From contig NC_042997.1 in assembly GCF_006345805.1 (NCBI RefSeq), forward strand, positions 154,628,001-154,692,000: a stretch of DNA of 64,000 bases, in the 5' to 3' direction. Every line of letters starts with the position of its first letter. Positions within the stretch are counted from its first letter, which is position 1. Below the pieces are notes generated by a model. That model did no database searches. It saw only the letters and a program-made list of their open reading frames with translations, and was not told where the DNA came from. Below, piece by piece: positions 39,101 through 52,660 of this stretch. The translations under genes were made by a program, and so were the position numbers. Source of the DNA: Octopus sinensis. Taxonomy: Eukaryota.

Positions 39101-39795
39101 CTGCACTTACTTAAGATCTTAGTGTCCATTTAGAAATTCAATAATTTATGTATATGTATGCATGTATGGGTCTATGCGTGTGTGTGTATTGAAGTATGTA
39201 TACATGTAGGTGTGTATGCATGTACGTATGTGTGTCTCGTAATATATGTAAATATATATGTATGTTTATAAGTGAAAGTATAGATCTAAATCTCCTCAGG
39301 GCCACTCACTCACTCACACTCACACTCTAAATCTCTTCAGGGCCACTCACACACTCACACTCAAACTCACACTCTTACACTCCCACAAATACCTGTAAAG
39401 GCCCGTTTTCATTTTGTTTCTTCCTTTGTTTCATTTAATTTTAAATTATCGTCTGCTTCAATCATTTCATTAAATTGTTTCTCTCATTTTGGATTTTTGT
39501 TTTTTTTTATACTTCTTTTTCTACACCCCTCAATTTGTTGTTGAGATTATTTTTGTTGTTATATGAATAAAATAAATTATAAATGTTATCTTCTTTTGTT
39601 GCTGACAATTTAGCATATGTGAAATATCATATGATCCGCCCGTTCCTGACAAGGAATAGAAACCATTTCCACGTAGAGAGTTCGCTAGCTAGAGAGATTG
39701 ATAGGTAGATATACAGAGAGAAAAGGAGAGAGGAAGGGAGATAGAGAGAGGGAGAGAGAGAGAAAAGAAACTATGGTAGAAACTGATAGACAGAC

Positions 39796-39928
<133 letters not shown>

Positions 39929-39996
39929 TGGATGGATAATTGGAAGGGATACGTAATCGGAGAGTTATAGGAAGACTTTGACGATTAAATTGACAG

Positions 39997-40306
39997 ACGG
40001 CAACCTGCAGCAACAGCAGCAGTTACAACAACAGCAGTAGCAGCTGCAACAACAACAAAAACAACTAAAAACAACATTAACTATAACAACAAGAACAGTC
40101 GCAGAGGCAAGCCTGTGGACTGCCCCTCCCCTACTATGGTATTCGTCAATGGAAGAGAACTGAGATGGGATGTCGCTGTTATAGGGCAGCAGTTGACAGA
40201 AAGTGCTTTAAACACTAGCAGCAGAAAAGTTGCTCCGCGTATGCATGAAAATCGACGGTGTGAAAAAAACCTGCAGTCTGTGACGAAAGCAAACACTAGA
40301 CTTAAC
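39997..40306 (+). CDS. Candidate plus-strand exon with a low-complexity T/A/N start
   Basis: About 103 open codons ending at AAC|GTAAGA; weak acceptor; no recognised homology. Confidence 0.2.
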
Positions 40307-40395
40307 GTAAGAATTTCTATGTAACCGGCTACCAAACCAGCCAGCGGCCAAACACTGGCATCACCAGTTTGTCAGTAATTTCTATCAATCCATCC

Positions 40396-40471
<76 letters not shown>

Positions 40472-40496
40472 CTATATCTATTTATATATATATGTA

Positions 40497-40547
<51 letters not shown>

Positions 40548-40548
40548 G

Positions 40549-40579
<31 letters not shown>

Positions 40580-40601
40580 ATATAATATATGTATATATAT
40601 A

Positions 40602-40651
<50 letters not shown>

Positions 40652-40745
40652 ATACAGAGATATATGTATATATCCCCAGTTTTCCTACCCTGTATATATT
40701 ATATATATAATATATATATATATATATATGTATATATAATATATA

Positions 40746-40779
<34 letters not shown>

Positions 40780-41119
40780 CACAGAATTCTGTCAATGAAC
40801 AGGTCCCGTTCTCAAAGCAACGAAAATATTTTGGCAAATTTAATTTAATTGTTGAGTGAATCTAACGGTTTTTGTGTGTTTCTTAAATGGCTTATGAACA
40901 CATTCCACGTTGCAATTGTTTATATATACATACATACATACATACATACGTACACACACGTACACACACACATACACACACAGGTACATGTGCGTAAACA
41001 CACAACTTAAATTAAGTGTTGGCCACTACTCAAGTGTCATGACACATAGAGAGAGGGAGAGAGAGAGAGAGCGAGGGATAGAGAAATGAGGACTGCGTTT
41101 GGAAATGTGCTACTGTGGA

Positions 41120-41162
<43 letters not shown>

Positions 41163-41502
41163 CTTTATAATTCCTTAGACGTTGGCGTGGGTTCTCGTTT
41201 CGTCAAGCGACACACACATGGTCGCACTTATACATTTAAACAAACACACACACACAAGTCGAGAAGTAACAGCAAGAATAAGATATGCTAAATATCTATA
41301 TTATATACTGCTGTATGCTTAAATGGAGTCTGGCCTCCGTGCACGAATACGGACGCAAGCACATAGACACATACATACAAGACGTACCCACTCCCTTTCT
41401 CATTCGCGGTCATTTCATATGTATTTGTGTGTGTGTGTGTATGTGTGTGTATGTATATATGTATATTATATATATGTGTGTGTGTGTATGTGTGTGTGTA
41501 TG

Positions 41503-41547
<45 letters not shown>

Positions 41548-41563
41548 ATGATATATGTATATA

Positions 41564-41625
<62 letters not shown>

Positions 41626-41725
41626 CATGCATGCACACACACACATATGACAGATGGTTAAGTGCGAGAGATCTACCGAAAAGCAATCTTAAATGAATTG
41701 ATTTGGCATTATAACTCTAATGTAC

Positions 41726-42110
41726 GGCGGCGAGCTGGCTGAAATGTTAGCATGCCGGGCGAAATGCTTAGCGGTATTTCGTCTGCCGCTACGTTCTGAG
41801 TTCAAATTTCGCCGAGGTTGACTTTGCCTTTCATCCTTTCGGGGTCGATTAAATAAGTACCAGTTACGCACTGGGGTCGATGTAATCGACTTAATCCCTT
41901 TGTCTGTCCTTGTTCGTCCCCTCTGTGTTTAGCCCCCTGTAGGTAGTAAAGAAATAGGTATTTAATCTGTCTTTACGTTCTGATTTCAAATTCCGCTGAG
42001 GTTGACTTTGCCTTTCATCCTTTCAGGGTCGATAAATTAAGTACCAGTTGCGTACTGGAGTCGATCTAATCGACTGCCCCCTCCTGCTTCAAAATTTCGG
42101 GCCTAGTTAC
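41726..42110 (+). mobile_element. SINE family A dimer
   Basis: Body starts at 41774 and 41958 (184-bp period). Confidence 0.9.
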
Positions 42111-42397
42111 TTGAGTAGAAAAGATTATAACTGTGATGTGTTGATAAGTCAATAAAGTTAATGAATATTACTATCCAACTGTACAAGGGAGGGAACTCCC
42201 CGAATTCAATTGAGCAAAACTTAAGTAGATCGTACGTGGGTTTAGAAGTGATCTTTCCAAGGCATATTTCCTTTATATTACCAGGCGGTTATCAGCGAGT
42301 TAATTTTATCGAAAAGGTCTCATCACAAACTGATCACAATATGCAATATCTACCTTATATGTGTGTTTCTCTGTATTTATGTACCTGAGACTTTTCC

Positions 42398-42452
<55 letters not shown>

Positions 42453-42754
42453 TGCGTGTGCGCGTGTGTGTGTGTGTGTGTATGTGTGTGCCCATGTGTG
42501 TATCGGCGGTGGATGTTAGTATCTTTGTAAATTTTGGAAAGAAAGTAATAGTGTTTAGAATACGTCGCGTTACGATTTGTGTTCAAATCACGCCCAGGCT
42601 GATTTTCATTTGTTTTTCCCCCAGCTCGATAAAATAAATACCAGAAAAAGACATGGATCGCTTCGACCACCTAAAATGCCTTTGAATAAAACACGAAGAT
42701 GGAAAGCATGTGTTTATATATGCATGTGTGCATACCTGTATGCATACGTGTGTG

Positions 42755-42797
<43 letters not shown>

Positions 42798-43057
42798 TTG
42801 CGTATGTGCGTGTATATATACATAAAAGGATATTTGTGTATGTCTACGCATACACTTATAAGCGTAGGTCTGTGTGCAGATATACACATATATATATATT
42901 GAATATATATACATACATACATATATAAATATATATATAATAAACGTTAAATAGTACATATATATGTATATATATACATAGTACATATATATGTATATAT
43001 ACATATCATATAGTATATATATAGTACATATATATGTATATATATACATATATATAT

Positions 43058-43404
43058 CGGTGCGAATGGTTTTTAATACGACACCGTGTTTTAAAATCCT
43101 ATAAATAATAATAATGGTATTTTTATATAAGCTTAAAGCTTATGGCGATCACCGTGCAATGACTAAAGAAAATAATCTAATAAAGGGGCATATAAAATTT
43201 CGACAGAAGAAAGGAGGCTTTGCTCCACGCGGATAGGAAAGCCTTTTTTTTTTCCTGTCGAGGGCTTATATGCCCCTTTATGAGACTGTTTTCCTTAGTC
43301 ATTGCACAATGATTGCCATAAGCTTCAAGCTTATACAGAAATACCATCATTATTATTTACAGGATTGTAAAACACGGTCTCGCATATTAAAATCATTCAC
43401 ACTG
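43058..43404. mobile_element. Hairpin MITE (about 160-bp arms, CAGTGTGAATG-like termini)
   Basis: Arms roughly 80 percent complementary by eye; inserted at a (TA)n tract. Confidence 0.8.
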
Positions 43405-43479
43405 AAAGCATATATATATATTAACAGGAATTAATCTTCTCTCTTCGCTCTTATACGCCATTTGGTCTCAACTCTCCCC

Positions 43480-43845
43480 CTTCCTCATCTAACCCCCCTC
43501 TCCCCCTCCTCATCTAACTCCCCCCGACCCCTACTTCTTCAGTCCTTCATCCTTTCACCATACTTCTATTCTCTTCTTCCCTCTTTCTCCCTCCCTCCTT
43601 CTTCCCTCTTCCCCTTCCCTCTTTCTCCTCTCTGCTCCCTCACTCCTTCTCTCTCTCTCTCCCCCTCTCCCTCTATCCTCCCTCCTCCTCTCCCCCCTCT
43701 TCTCCTCTCCTTCCTTCTCCCTTCTCTCCCCTCCTCTTCTCCTCTCTTCCTTTCCCCCTTCCCCCTCCTCTTCTCCCCTCTTCTCCCCTTTCTTCTCCCC
43801 CTCTCCCCCCTTACCCCCTCTTCCCTCATCTCCTCTCTCTACACT
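43480..43845. repeat. Long polypyrimidine/polypurine tract
   Basis: Almost exclusively C/T on the plus strand for about 360 bp. Confidence 0.9.
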
Positions 43846-44009
43846 ACACCATACGACTTTACACATCACATCATATATACATACACACGTCCAGACCTCT
43901 CATACGCGCTAAACTCTCTCATACACACACACACAACACTTTCTCATACACACACACACACTCTAGGTTGGAGCGAGGTCATTTAACCCTATTATCTCCC
44001 CTAATTTCG

Positions 44010-44295
44010 CTCTTGCGTCTAACGTTTGATCTTTGACTTCTGGCCGAAATCAGATCGCCATGTTGATTCGCTAGCCTATGCACGCATATTTTTTTTCTCT
44101 CCTTCTTTCTGTGTTTTTTCTCTGTGTATCTTTCTGTTGAAGAGCGTAGGCTCGAAACGTTAAAGACTTGTTTTATTTATATTTCCTGAGCGCCATACTA
44201 ATACAATGTTTTGTTTGTATTCCACCTGCCTTCGTCTTTTGTTTATTTCCGTAAACCTGCCTTCGTCTTTTGTCTTTTCATATAGCTTCCCGTTA
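44010..44295 (+). mobile_element. Penelope-like element terminal fragment
   Basis: Carries the hammerhead-like motif and ends at a (TA)n tract; PLE assignment is inferred from the minimal type I hammerhead architecture. Confidence 0.5.
44129..44166 (+). ncRNA. Minimal type I hammerhead ribozyme-like motif with a variant core
   Basis: Stem I TCTTT/AAAGA, core CTGTTGA plus extra A, stem II GAGC-GTAG-GCTC, GAAAC-GTT with palindromic ACGT stem III; predicted cut after 44161. Confidence 0.55.
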
Positions 44296-44300
44296 TATAT

Positions 44301-44342
<42 letters not shown>

Positions 44343-44389
44343 CATATATATATTACATATATACATTACATACATACATATATAATATA

Positions 44390-44430
<41 letters not shown>

Positions 44431-44442
44431 TATACATATACA

Positions 44443-44809
44443 TGCATATATGGGTACAAGATGTCACCAACGGTTCGAACAACGTGAAATACGTAAACAA
44501 TGAGAAAAAATGGAGAACAGGACAAGTAAACACAGAGAAAGGACCGTTCATCAGTTGTCGGCTGTCTATCTACTCTCAATTTCTAGCATTCAGCAACAAT
44601 ATAAGTCTTCAAAGACTGTTGCTCCCATAAATTCTCTTTTTGAAGACTCATATTGCCATTGAATGATCAAAATGAGGAGTAGAAAGACAGCGAGCAACTG
44701 AGGGAGGATTCTTTCTCAGTGTTTACTTGTCCTGTTCTCCATTTTCTCTCATTGCTTACGTATTTCATGTTGTTTCAACCGTAGGTAACGTTCTGTACCC
44801 ATATATGCA
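44443..44809. repeat. Inverted pair of roughly 135-bp Penelope-like termini
   Basis: TGCATATATGGGTACA...GAGAACAGGACAAGTAAACAC mirrored by GTGTTTACTTGTCCTGTTCTC...TGTACCCATATATGCA; a third copy lies at 44905-45047. Confidence 0.8.
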
Positions 44810-44815
44810 CGTTTT

Positions 44816-44851
<36 letters not shown>

Positions 44852-46546
44852 ATATTATATATATACATATATATATATCGAAACGCGTTGCAGATAAAAC
44901 AGGGGACAACTGATGAAGGGAATGTTCTTTATGTTGCCTGTCTTGTTTCTTTCGATGTTTGAAAAAAGTTCGTTTTCTGTTTTTGCTTTTTATGTTCTCG
45001 TTTCTCATTTTGTCTACGTTTTTTTATGCCTTGTACCCATATATGCATGTATACATACATATGTAGGTATGTACATATATGTACATGTGAATAATTTATA
45101 TTATTATATATAATAATAAATAAATTACATGTCTGTGTTAATGCAACATACAAAAATTCTTTCAAAATAATGTATTCGCATATGTGTGGTGTGTGTGTGC
45201 GTGCGTGCATGAGTGTACGTGCGTGCCCCTCTGTGTGCGCGTGCGCGTGCGTGTCTGTAAGTTGTCTGTAGATAAAACAGTAACACCGTCATGTCATATA
45301 TTTCCCTGAGCAAAATAATATCGGTTGATTGCAAGCACTTGTTGCATTGCAACAGGTAGTATCGAGTTACATATTGCCAGAAGCGCTAGGGCGACCTGAT
45401 ACGCACACATATATACGTATACATACATTCATACATATTTTTATATACATTGCATCCATGTATATATTGTAACCCTATTATTAAAAATACAAGCATTATT
45501 TGATTGATGTTCACTTTCGTTGATGAGTTTCTCAGCCCTTCGCTAGATGTCTGTAGCTTCAGTTGTTTGGGGTGCCTTGTTAGATTGTTGTATAGTTTTG
45601 GTCTTTCTATATTGGTGATAGTGAGTCAATGTGTGAATGTGTATATGTGTACGAATGTCCTTTTGTGGCTGTGTTCTTGTGCATGAATTTCTAAAATGGT
45701 GTGTGTGTGTGCGTATGCCCTTTGTTATATGTTAATTTTTCAAAATATTTTATTGTTTTGTTATCTGCCAAGGATGCCGCTTATAGTGGCAGCTTATAAG
45801 TATGTAAATAATATATACATGTCTTTATTGGGGCAGGTATTGGCTCAAAATATTTTGACAATCAGATCGAGCCCATATTATATACTTCTATAGAATATTC
45901 TGCGAGCTAAAAGAGCTGGTAGTCAGTGTTTTAGAAAATGCAGAGATAGTGAAAATCTCATAGCAGCTAATTGACTCGAAGCGAATGTTAGATAAACGGA
46001 CAAACGGAGAGAAAGAGAAATACTGCCAATTATATTGAAGGATGGATAATTTCCTTGTCTTCTATATCTACCTCAACAATTAGTGCAGTCAGTATATTTA
46101 AACTCGTGCCGGGCACGCACGCACACACACATGCTCACAGACACACATTCACACTCACACACATACACACACAAATATATGTAAGTATCTGTATGTATAT
46201 GCATGTTTGCATGTGTGTGTGTGTGCGTGCGTGCGTATGCGTGAGTGTCTGCGTGTGCATTGTGCACATAAAAGTACATATTTGTATATACACACACACA
46301 TATACACATACGCTCATATACACCCTCACAAACTCACAGAACGCATCCATATATATGAGTAAGGATATTGACTATATTTTACTTTTGTTTCATTTACAAA
46401 CATGTTACATTCAGCATCGCAACATGTTATATGTAAATATGTGTAAATAAATGTAAATATATGTAAAACATAATTATTATAAAAGGAGAACTGTTGGTAA
46501 TATATTCACCAATTTACGTCATATTTACTCATCCATTACGTACATA

Positions 46547-46945
46547 AAGGCGCACGAATGGTTGTGTGGTAAGAAGCTTGATTACCAGCCACATGGTTCA
46601 GGGTTCAGTCCCACTGCGTAGCACCTTGGGCAAGTATCTTCTACTATAGCCTCGGGTCGACTAAAACCTTATGAATGGAAGTGGTAGCCGGAAACTGAAA
46701 GGAGCCCGCCGAATCTATGTGTATATATACATATGGGTTTGTGTGTCTGTGTTTGTCCCCCACCATCGCTTGACAACCAATGTTGGTGTATTTACGTCCC
46801 CGTAACCTAGCGGCTCGTGAAAAGAGACTGATAGAATAAGTACTAGGTTTACGAAGAATAAGTCTTGGGATCGATTTGTTCGACTAAAAGGCCATGCTCC
46901 AGCATGGTCGCAGTCAAATGGCTGAAACAAGTGAAAGATTAAAAG
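46547..46945 (+). mobile_element. SINE family B, full length
   Basis: Complete head-body-tail. Confidence 0.85.
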
Positions 46946-47295
46946 AATACATCAACATGTGTGTCTCTCTTTTGTTTAGACAAAGGCAAACCTACGTTTG
47001 TATATGAGAGTTAGTGTGTATAAATATGAGAGTGGGCGTGCGTATAATGAACACACCTTTGATTTATATTAGTAGAAACATGTATTTTATGGCAAAACTC
47101 TAAGTAGATAAAGCTATATATAATATTAGGCTAAAAAGCCTTGGATGGAAAAAGTTGAATGTTTCGAGTTTTTCTATCTAAAGTGCTTTAAATCTAATAT
47201 ATACAAGTTACTATATATAGCTTTGTCTACTTCGAGTTACTGCGTTAATAATGATTTTATTTCTCTCGAAGTTTCTAAATTATATATGTATTTAA

Positions 47296-47560
47296 ACAAC
47301 TTTAAACAGAATCTGGATAGATTCCTTCAAAGAATACCAGATAAGCCACCCATAATTGGATACAACTCACCCAACAAGAACTCACTACTTGAACAAAACT
47401 GGATACAACTCACCCAACAAGAACTCACTACTTGAACAAAACTTGACTTAAACAAAACTTGACTTAAACAGGATTCGAATAATCCTATCAGGTGGTGCTA
47501 TTAAGTTAGACATGGCCTGGACCAATCTTTGGTCGAAACATATCTAAGTTTATCTAAGTT
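47296..47560 (+). mobile_element. CR1/L2-group LINE 3' end
   Basis: NFKQNLDRFLQRIPDKPPIIGYNSPNKNSLL resembles CR1-group ORF2 C-termini; 3' GGCC..GAAAC motif and (ATCTAAGTTT)n tail; internal 42-bp tandem duplication. Confidence 0.65.
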
Positions 47561-48317
47561 TATTTTCACGGAAATATTTCGATATGAATCTCTTTCCTCA
47601 CCAGCTTGATGAGAAGTCACGTAGAATATAATAAATATATGAAGACACAAGGATTTTGCTGTGTTAACTGTTTCTTCAATTTTTTTCGTTTTGTTTCTGT
47701 GGCTCAACAATAGGAAGAAAATAAAATGTACCAGCCATGACACTGTGTTGTATCTCAAGCAACTGTCAGTGTTATGTTTTTATAACCGCTAGTCGATCGA
47801 GAACTTGTGAGTGAAAATACGTAGGCGGTAACTGTATAGAAACCCAACGGATGGAATACATCCGTAGTGCAAAAGTGCAATCTTGTCATGCACTGTTTCT
47901 CGCTGGTTCTGCCTGAGAAGTGCGTTAAAGTTACATATATTTCTGGTACATACAACCATTTACACATTAATTCAACGAGCAGATAATCGAGTAAATGGAG
48001 CAACTGAAACCCTAGCATCGAAACTGACGGAAAACCATCCATGCATGCAATATGTAAATTTGCTTCTGTGATCAAATCTAATATCTAAATAAGATATACA
48101 GCATCAGTGATATATTATGTATGCAAAACACAATTTGATGTTTGAAAGATTAAAGTAAACGCAAAGGAAATATACTGCATTTAACGCAACTTTTAACTAA
48201 ATTTTGATACAATTATATGTCGTCGCCGCCGTTGTTGTTGTTGTTGTAGCTGTTTTTACTGTTGCTGTTCCCGTTGAAGTTGTTCTTGTGGCTGCTTCTG
48301 TTGTTCTTATGGTTATT

Positions 48318-48734
48318 TATTTCTTTACTACCCACAAGGGGCTAAACACAGAGGGGACAAACAAGGACAGACAAACGGATTAAGTCGATTAGATCGACCC
48401 CAGTGCGTAACTGGTACTTAATTTATCGACCCCGAAAGGATGAAAGGCAAAGTCGACTTCGGCAGAATTTGAACTCAGAACGTAACGGAAGACGAAATAC
48501 CTATTTCTTTATAGCCCACAAGGGGCTAAACACAGAGAGGACAAACAATGACAAACTGACGGATTAAGTCGATTATATCGACCCCAGCGCGTAACTGTTT
48601 CTTAATTTATCGACCCCGAAAGGATGAAAGGCAAATTCGACCTCGGCGGAATTTGAACTCAGAACGTAGCGGCAGACGAAATACCGCTAAGCATTTCGCC
48701 CGGCGTGCTTACGTTTCTGCCAGCTCACCGCCTT
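48318..48734 (-). mobile_element. SINE family A dimer
   Basis: Two body units plus head, same junction as the other multimers. Confidence 0.9.
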
Positions 48735-49034
48735 ATCGTTATTACTGCTGATACAGCAGTTGTTGTTGTTCTTCTTCCAATCAGGACTCACGCCATTAGC
48801 CACAAAGAATAATCTCTGATTCGAACCTACTCTAAGCTACCAAGAATGCGTGTGGCAACTTGAAGATCCACCCACCACACGCGATAGACTGGCGGTTCCA
48901 CGGGCGCGAAAGCTACGTTGTTATCCGCATTCCGTAAACGGAGGCTTTTAACGGGTGGAGAGCTGAACCATCCTGGGGTACAGAGGATTCGCAATCTAGA
49001 CTAGGGTCTGAAAATTTACCACACTATAGTGGGT

Positions 49035-49217
49035 TATACCATGGTTCCTCTACTTTGTAGAAGAAGTAGGAAGAAAGAGTGAGAGAAAGTTGTGGTGAAA
49101 GAGTACAGCGATGTTCACCACCTCTCCCCGCCGGAGCCTCGTAGAGGTTTGGGAATCGAAACTGCGTTCTTACGACCGCGAGTCCGCTGCCCTAACCACT
49201 GGGCCATTGCGCCTCCA
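49035..49217 (-). mobile_element. tRNA-derived SINE family C, 5' part
   Basis: rc GGAGGCGCAATGGCCCAGTGGTTAGGGCAGCGGACTCGCGG. Confidence 0.8.
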
Positions 49218-49879
49218 CGTTGTTGTTCTTGTCGTTGTTGTTGTTGTCGCCATTGTTGTTGCTGTTGTCGTTCTCGTGTTTTGTTTTTGTTGTTGTTGTT
49301 GTTGTTGTTGTAGCTGCAGCTGTTTCTGTTTTTCCTATTGCTCATGCTTTTGTTGTTGTTCCTGGTGCCACTGTTGTCATTATCGTTGTTGTTGTTTTTG
49401 TCATTGTTATTATTGTTATTTTCTTTTCCATGAAAAAAAATAAAACATCCAGAACAGAAAAAAAACAAACAAAACAAAAAGAAGCCAAGAAATTTAATCA
49501 TCAGATGAGAAACTGTTTCAAAGAAGAGATACAATTTAGAATTCTTTTCAAGCTTTACACATTCACACGCACGTGCACACATATACACACCCTCATATAC
49601 CCACGTACATAAATGCAGACATATTTCCTTTCATTTTTATTTTTTCGGCATTAAACTACTATAAACCTAATCAATTTATCTTAAGTTATTGAATCAATAT
49701 GTATAAATATATGATACAGATATAGGTAGATATATGAATATATATATATACAGGTGACAGACAAGCATACAAAAAGACAGACAGGTAGTTAGACAGACAG
49801 ATAGACAGAAAAACAGACAGATATATAGACAAACAGACATACAGATAGATAGATGGATGGATGGATGGATGGATGGATG

Positions 49880-49910
<31 letters not shown>

Positions 49911-51645
49911 GTAAACAAGAATAAAATGAAATTACTAGTTACTGAAATATGTATTATATAATTTATTGCTAGCTGGAACATCACAAATATTTACCCGGAG
50001 TTTTTTGGCGCCGATCTTCGGAATATTAGGAAATATGGAATAAGAAATTTGCTATATAATCAACATCTGTCTAGATGATGCATCCCAGCTATCTGAACTG
50101 GTCGAAAGGGGAAGACAGAAACAGAGCGAAGCAGTAGGGGAAAATCGGTCCTGGTAGAGTATGATTATGATAAATGCTTTATATGTTTCCGTCGTGATGA
50201 CGTCTGTTTTGTTTTGTTTCTTTTTTCAAACATTTAGTACTTTATCACTAAAGTAAGCCTTCCTTTTCTAAGACAATAGGATGTGATTGAAGGAAATTTG
50301 TATGACATTTTTAGTAAATCGAGTCACACCGCATATGCAATCTCACGTTGGCCTTCTACTAGACAAAATGCACAGTTTATTTTGAGCGCTAGTTTTGTAG
50401 TTCGTACCTAGAACGTTATCTACAATTACCTAATTTCCTTTCTTTATAAGCTTTATTCTATAGAGACTGACCTGTTGCTATACAATGACGACTAAATTCG
50501 AAAATGATTGTTGAATAACATGAAACTATGTCGCAAAAGGCGAATTAGCAGAGTTGTAAAAGTGTCAGACGGAACGCATTGCTGTATTTATTCCGGTACC
50601 TTGCATTCTGAGTTCATATCCGGCCAAAGTAATTTTTGTCCATCTTTCATCGTTCTTAGACCACTAAATAAATATACAAGTCAACATATGCTGGGCTGTA
50701 GGAAATGTTAGAGCATTTGAAAGGATACCTTGTAATATTTATCTGGTTCTTTGCGTTATGAGTTCAAACCTCACCATGACCTATTTTGGGCAATAGATTT
50801 AATTATCCACATGGTTTAACTCCTCCAAGCGACATGTGGTGTTTTTAGTAGAGTTTTTTTGTTGCAAGTATTCAGGCTTGATTTCCAGTTTGTTTCCTCC
50901 TTCACATCCACCAGTCGCGAGAGTCCTTTAAAAGATCGTGAACATCGCTCTCACAGAAAGAGAAACAAAGTAGAGTTTATAACCAAATTTACACATTAGT
51001 ATTTATTCGATTCGAGATATGCTGTTCCAAAGCATAATTATTTCACGTTCTCTCAAAATTTTATAAATTCTAATGAGATCAATATAAAATAATATTTGAC
51101 TTCGTCTTTTGAAAGATAAGCGTAAAGGCTATTGTGAATCGTGTTAACACTTGAAAGAAACATGATGTAAAGACTGGTTAAACTGCAGTTATAACCTAAG
51201 ATTCAGTGCAATAAATTCGAAATCTTTTAATTTCAATACTAAAAATGATGCACATCAAAATGCAAACGTTATATTTCTGAAAACATAAAGATATTTCCTT
51301 CTTGATTTGATATTTATTTTCAGTTCCATCAAAAGCGAGATAATGAAAATGGTTTTGAATTATCTCTTTATTCACTTCTGTTCGTATTTTTAGTTTAATA
51401 ATTTTTCATTGTTAACGTTCATTATTTGATTCAGAATATCCAGAATATTTCTAACTGTCACCGTAAAAGACTTCTTTTGTTTTCCAAGGTGGTGGTTAAG
51501 TAAATATATGCCACGCTGCACAAACATTCAATAAAATCCTGATCTTATGATCATCTCCCGTTTCTTTTTCTTTTATCTGTATCTATCATTAACTCTCTAT
51601 CAGAGCCTGTATATCTCTTTTCATAACTGCGTACCTATATATATA

Positions 51646-51706
<61 letters not shown>

Positions 51707-51764
51707 GTGCGTGTGTTTGTGTGCGTGTGTACGTGCGTGTGTGCGTGCGTGCGCGCGTTTGTAT

Positions 51765-52039
51765 GGAGGCGCAATGGCCCAGTGGTTAGGGAAACGGACT
51801 CGCAGTTTCGATTCCCAGACCGGGCGTTGTGAGTGTTTATTGAGCGAAAACACCTAAAGCTCCACGAGCTCCGACAGGGAGTGGTGGCGATCCCTGTTGT
51901 ACCCTTTCTCTCTTTCTTCTCTTGGCCTGCTCGCTTAGCCAGCAGGATGGCGTCATTTGAAGACTAAAACAATGCGAAGCGCATTGTGACCAGCGATGTG
52001 TAGGAACATCTGATAGTCTGGTCGGTCATGGTGATCACG

Positions 52040-52045
<6 letters not shown>
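51765..52045 (+). mobile_element. SINE family C head/body with an alternative 3' tail
   Basis: GGAGGCGCAATGGCCCAGTGGTTAGGG... then GCCTGCTCGCTTAGCCAGC...GTGATCACGGTGATA. Confidence 0.75.
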
Positions 52046-52092
<47 letters not shown>

Positions 52093-52104
52093 CCATAAAA
52101 ATAG

Positions 52105-52310
52105 TGAAGGTGCTCAGTGGTTAGGATGTTGCACTCACGATTGCGAGATTGTGGTTTCGATTCCCAGACTGGGTGCTGCGTTGCGTTCTTGAGCAAAACA
52201 CTTCGTTTCATGTTGCTCTACGATAATTTCGTCATTAGATATGTGGCACATCGTGCACCTGTACAGGTAATGGTCGATTTTAATGGAGGGAGCGGGCTTA
52301 TGTGAGCTTA
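52105..52310 (+). mobile_element. Degenerate tRNA-CORE-type SINE
   Basis: GAAGGTGCTCAGTGGTTAGG...GGTTTCGATTCCCAG...TTCTTGAGCAAAACACTT. Confidence 0.6.
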
Positions 52311-52620
52311 TATTTCAAAAACATATTCATTCAACCACAAAATTATTCTAAATTTCTTGATATCAACAATTTCTTCTTCTCTGACAACAGTCTTGATACG
52401 TTATGAATCTATTGAGTAAAAGTTCCATTACACTCCTCCATCGATTTTTATATACATATATGTGCGTGGACATGTGCGTGTCTACGTGCTTGTGTGCATA
52501 TTAATGTTTATTTTTATGTATAGCTATACATAAAACAGTCAGGCAATACATTGATGTATCAATCAATACCTTTAAACAGAGCAACGTATTTATTTTATTT
52601 TCAGATAAGGTAAAGGTTTA

Positions 52621-52660
52621 CTTTGACGTTTCACCTATCTAGCTATCATCAGACACTTAT
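52621..52660 (-). other. Decayed minimal hammerhead-ribozyme-like motif
   Basis: Minus strand GTGT-CTGATGA-T-AGCT AGAT AGGT-GAAAC-GTC-AAAG: canonical core and GUC; stem II 3/4 paired; stem I broken. Confidence 0.4.

Noticed and set aside
50860-50950. SH3-like text DLLKDSRDWWM*RRKQTGNQA*IL on the minus strand
   Set aside because: Two in-frame stops, no donor site, and the similarity is too short to separate from chance.
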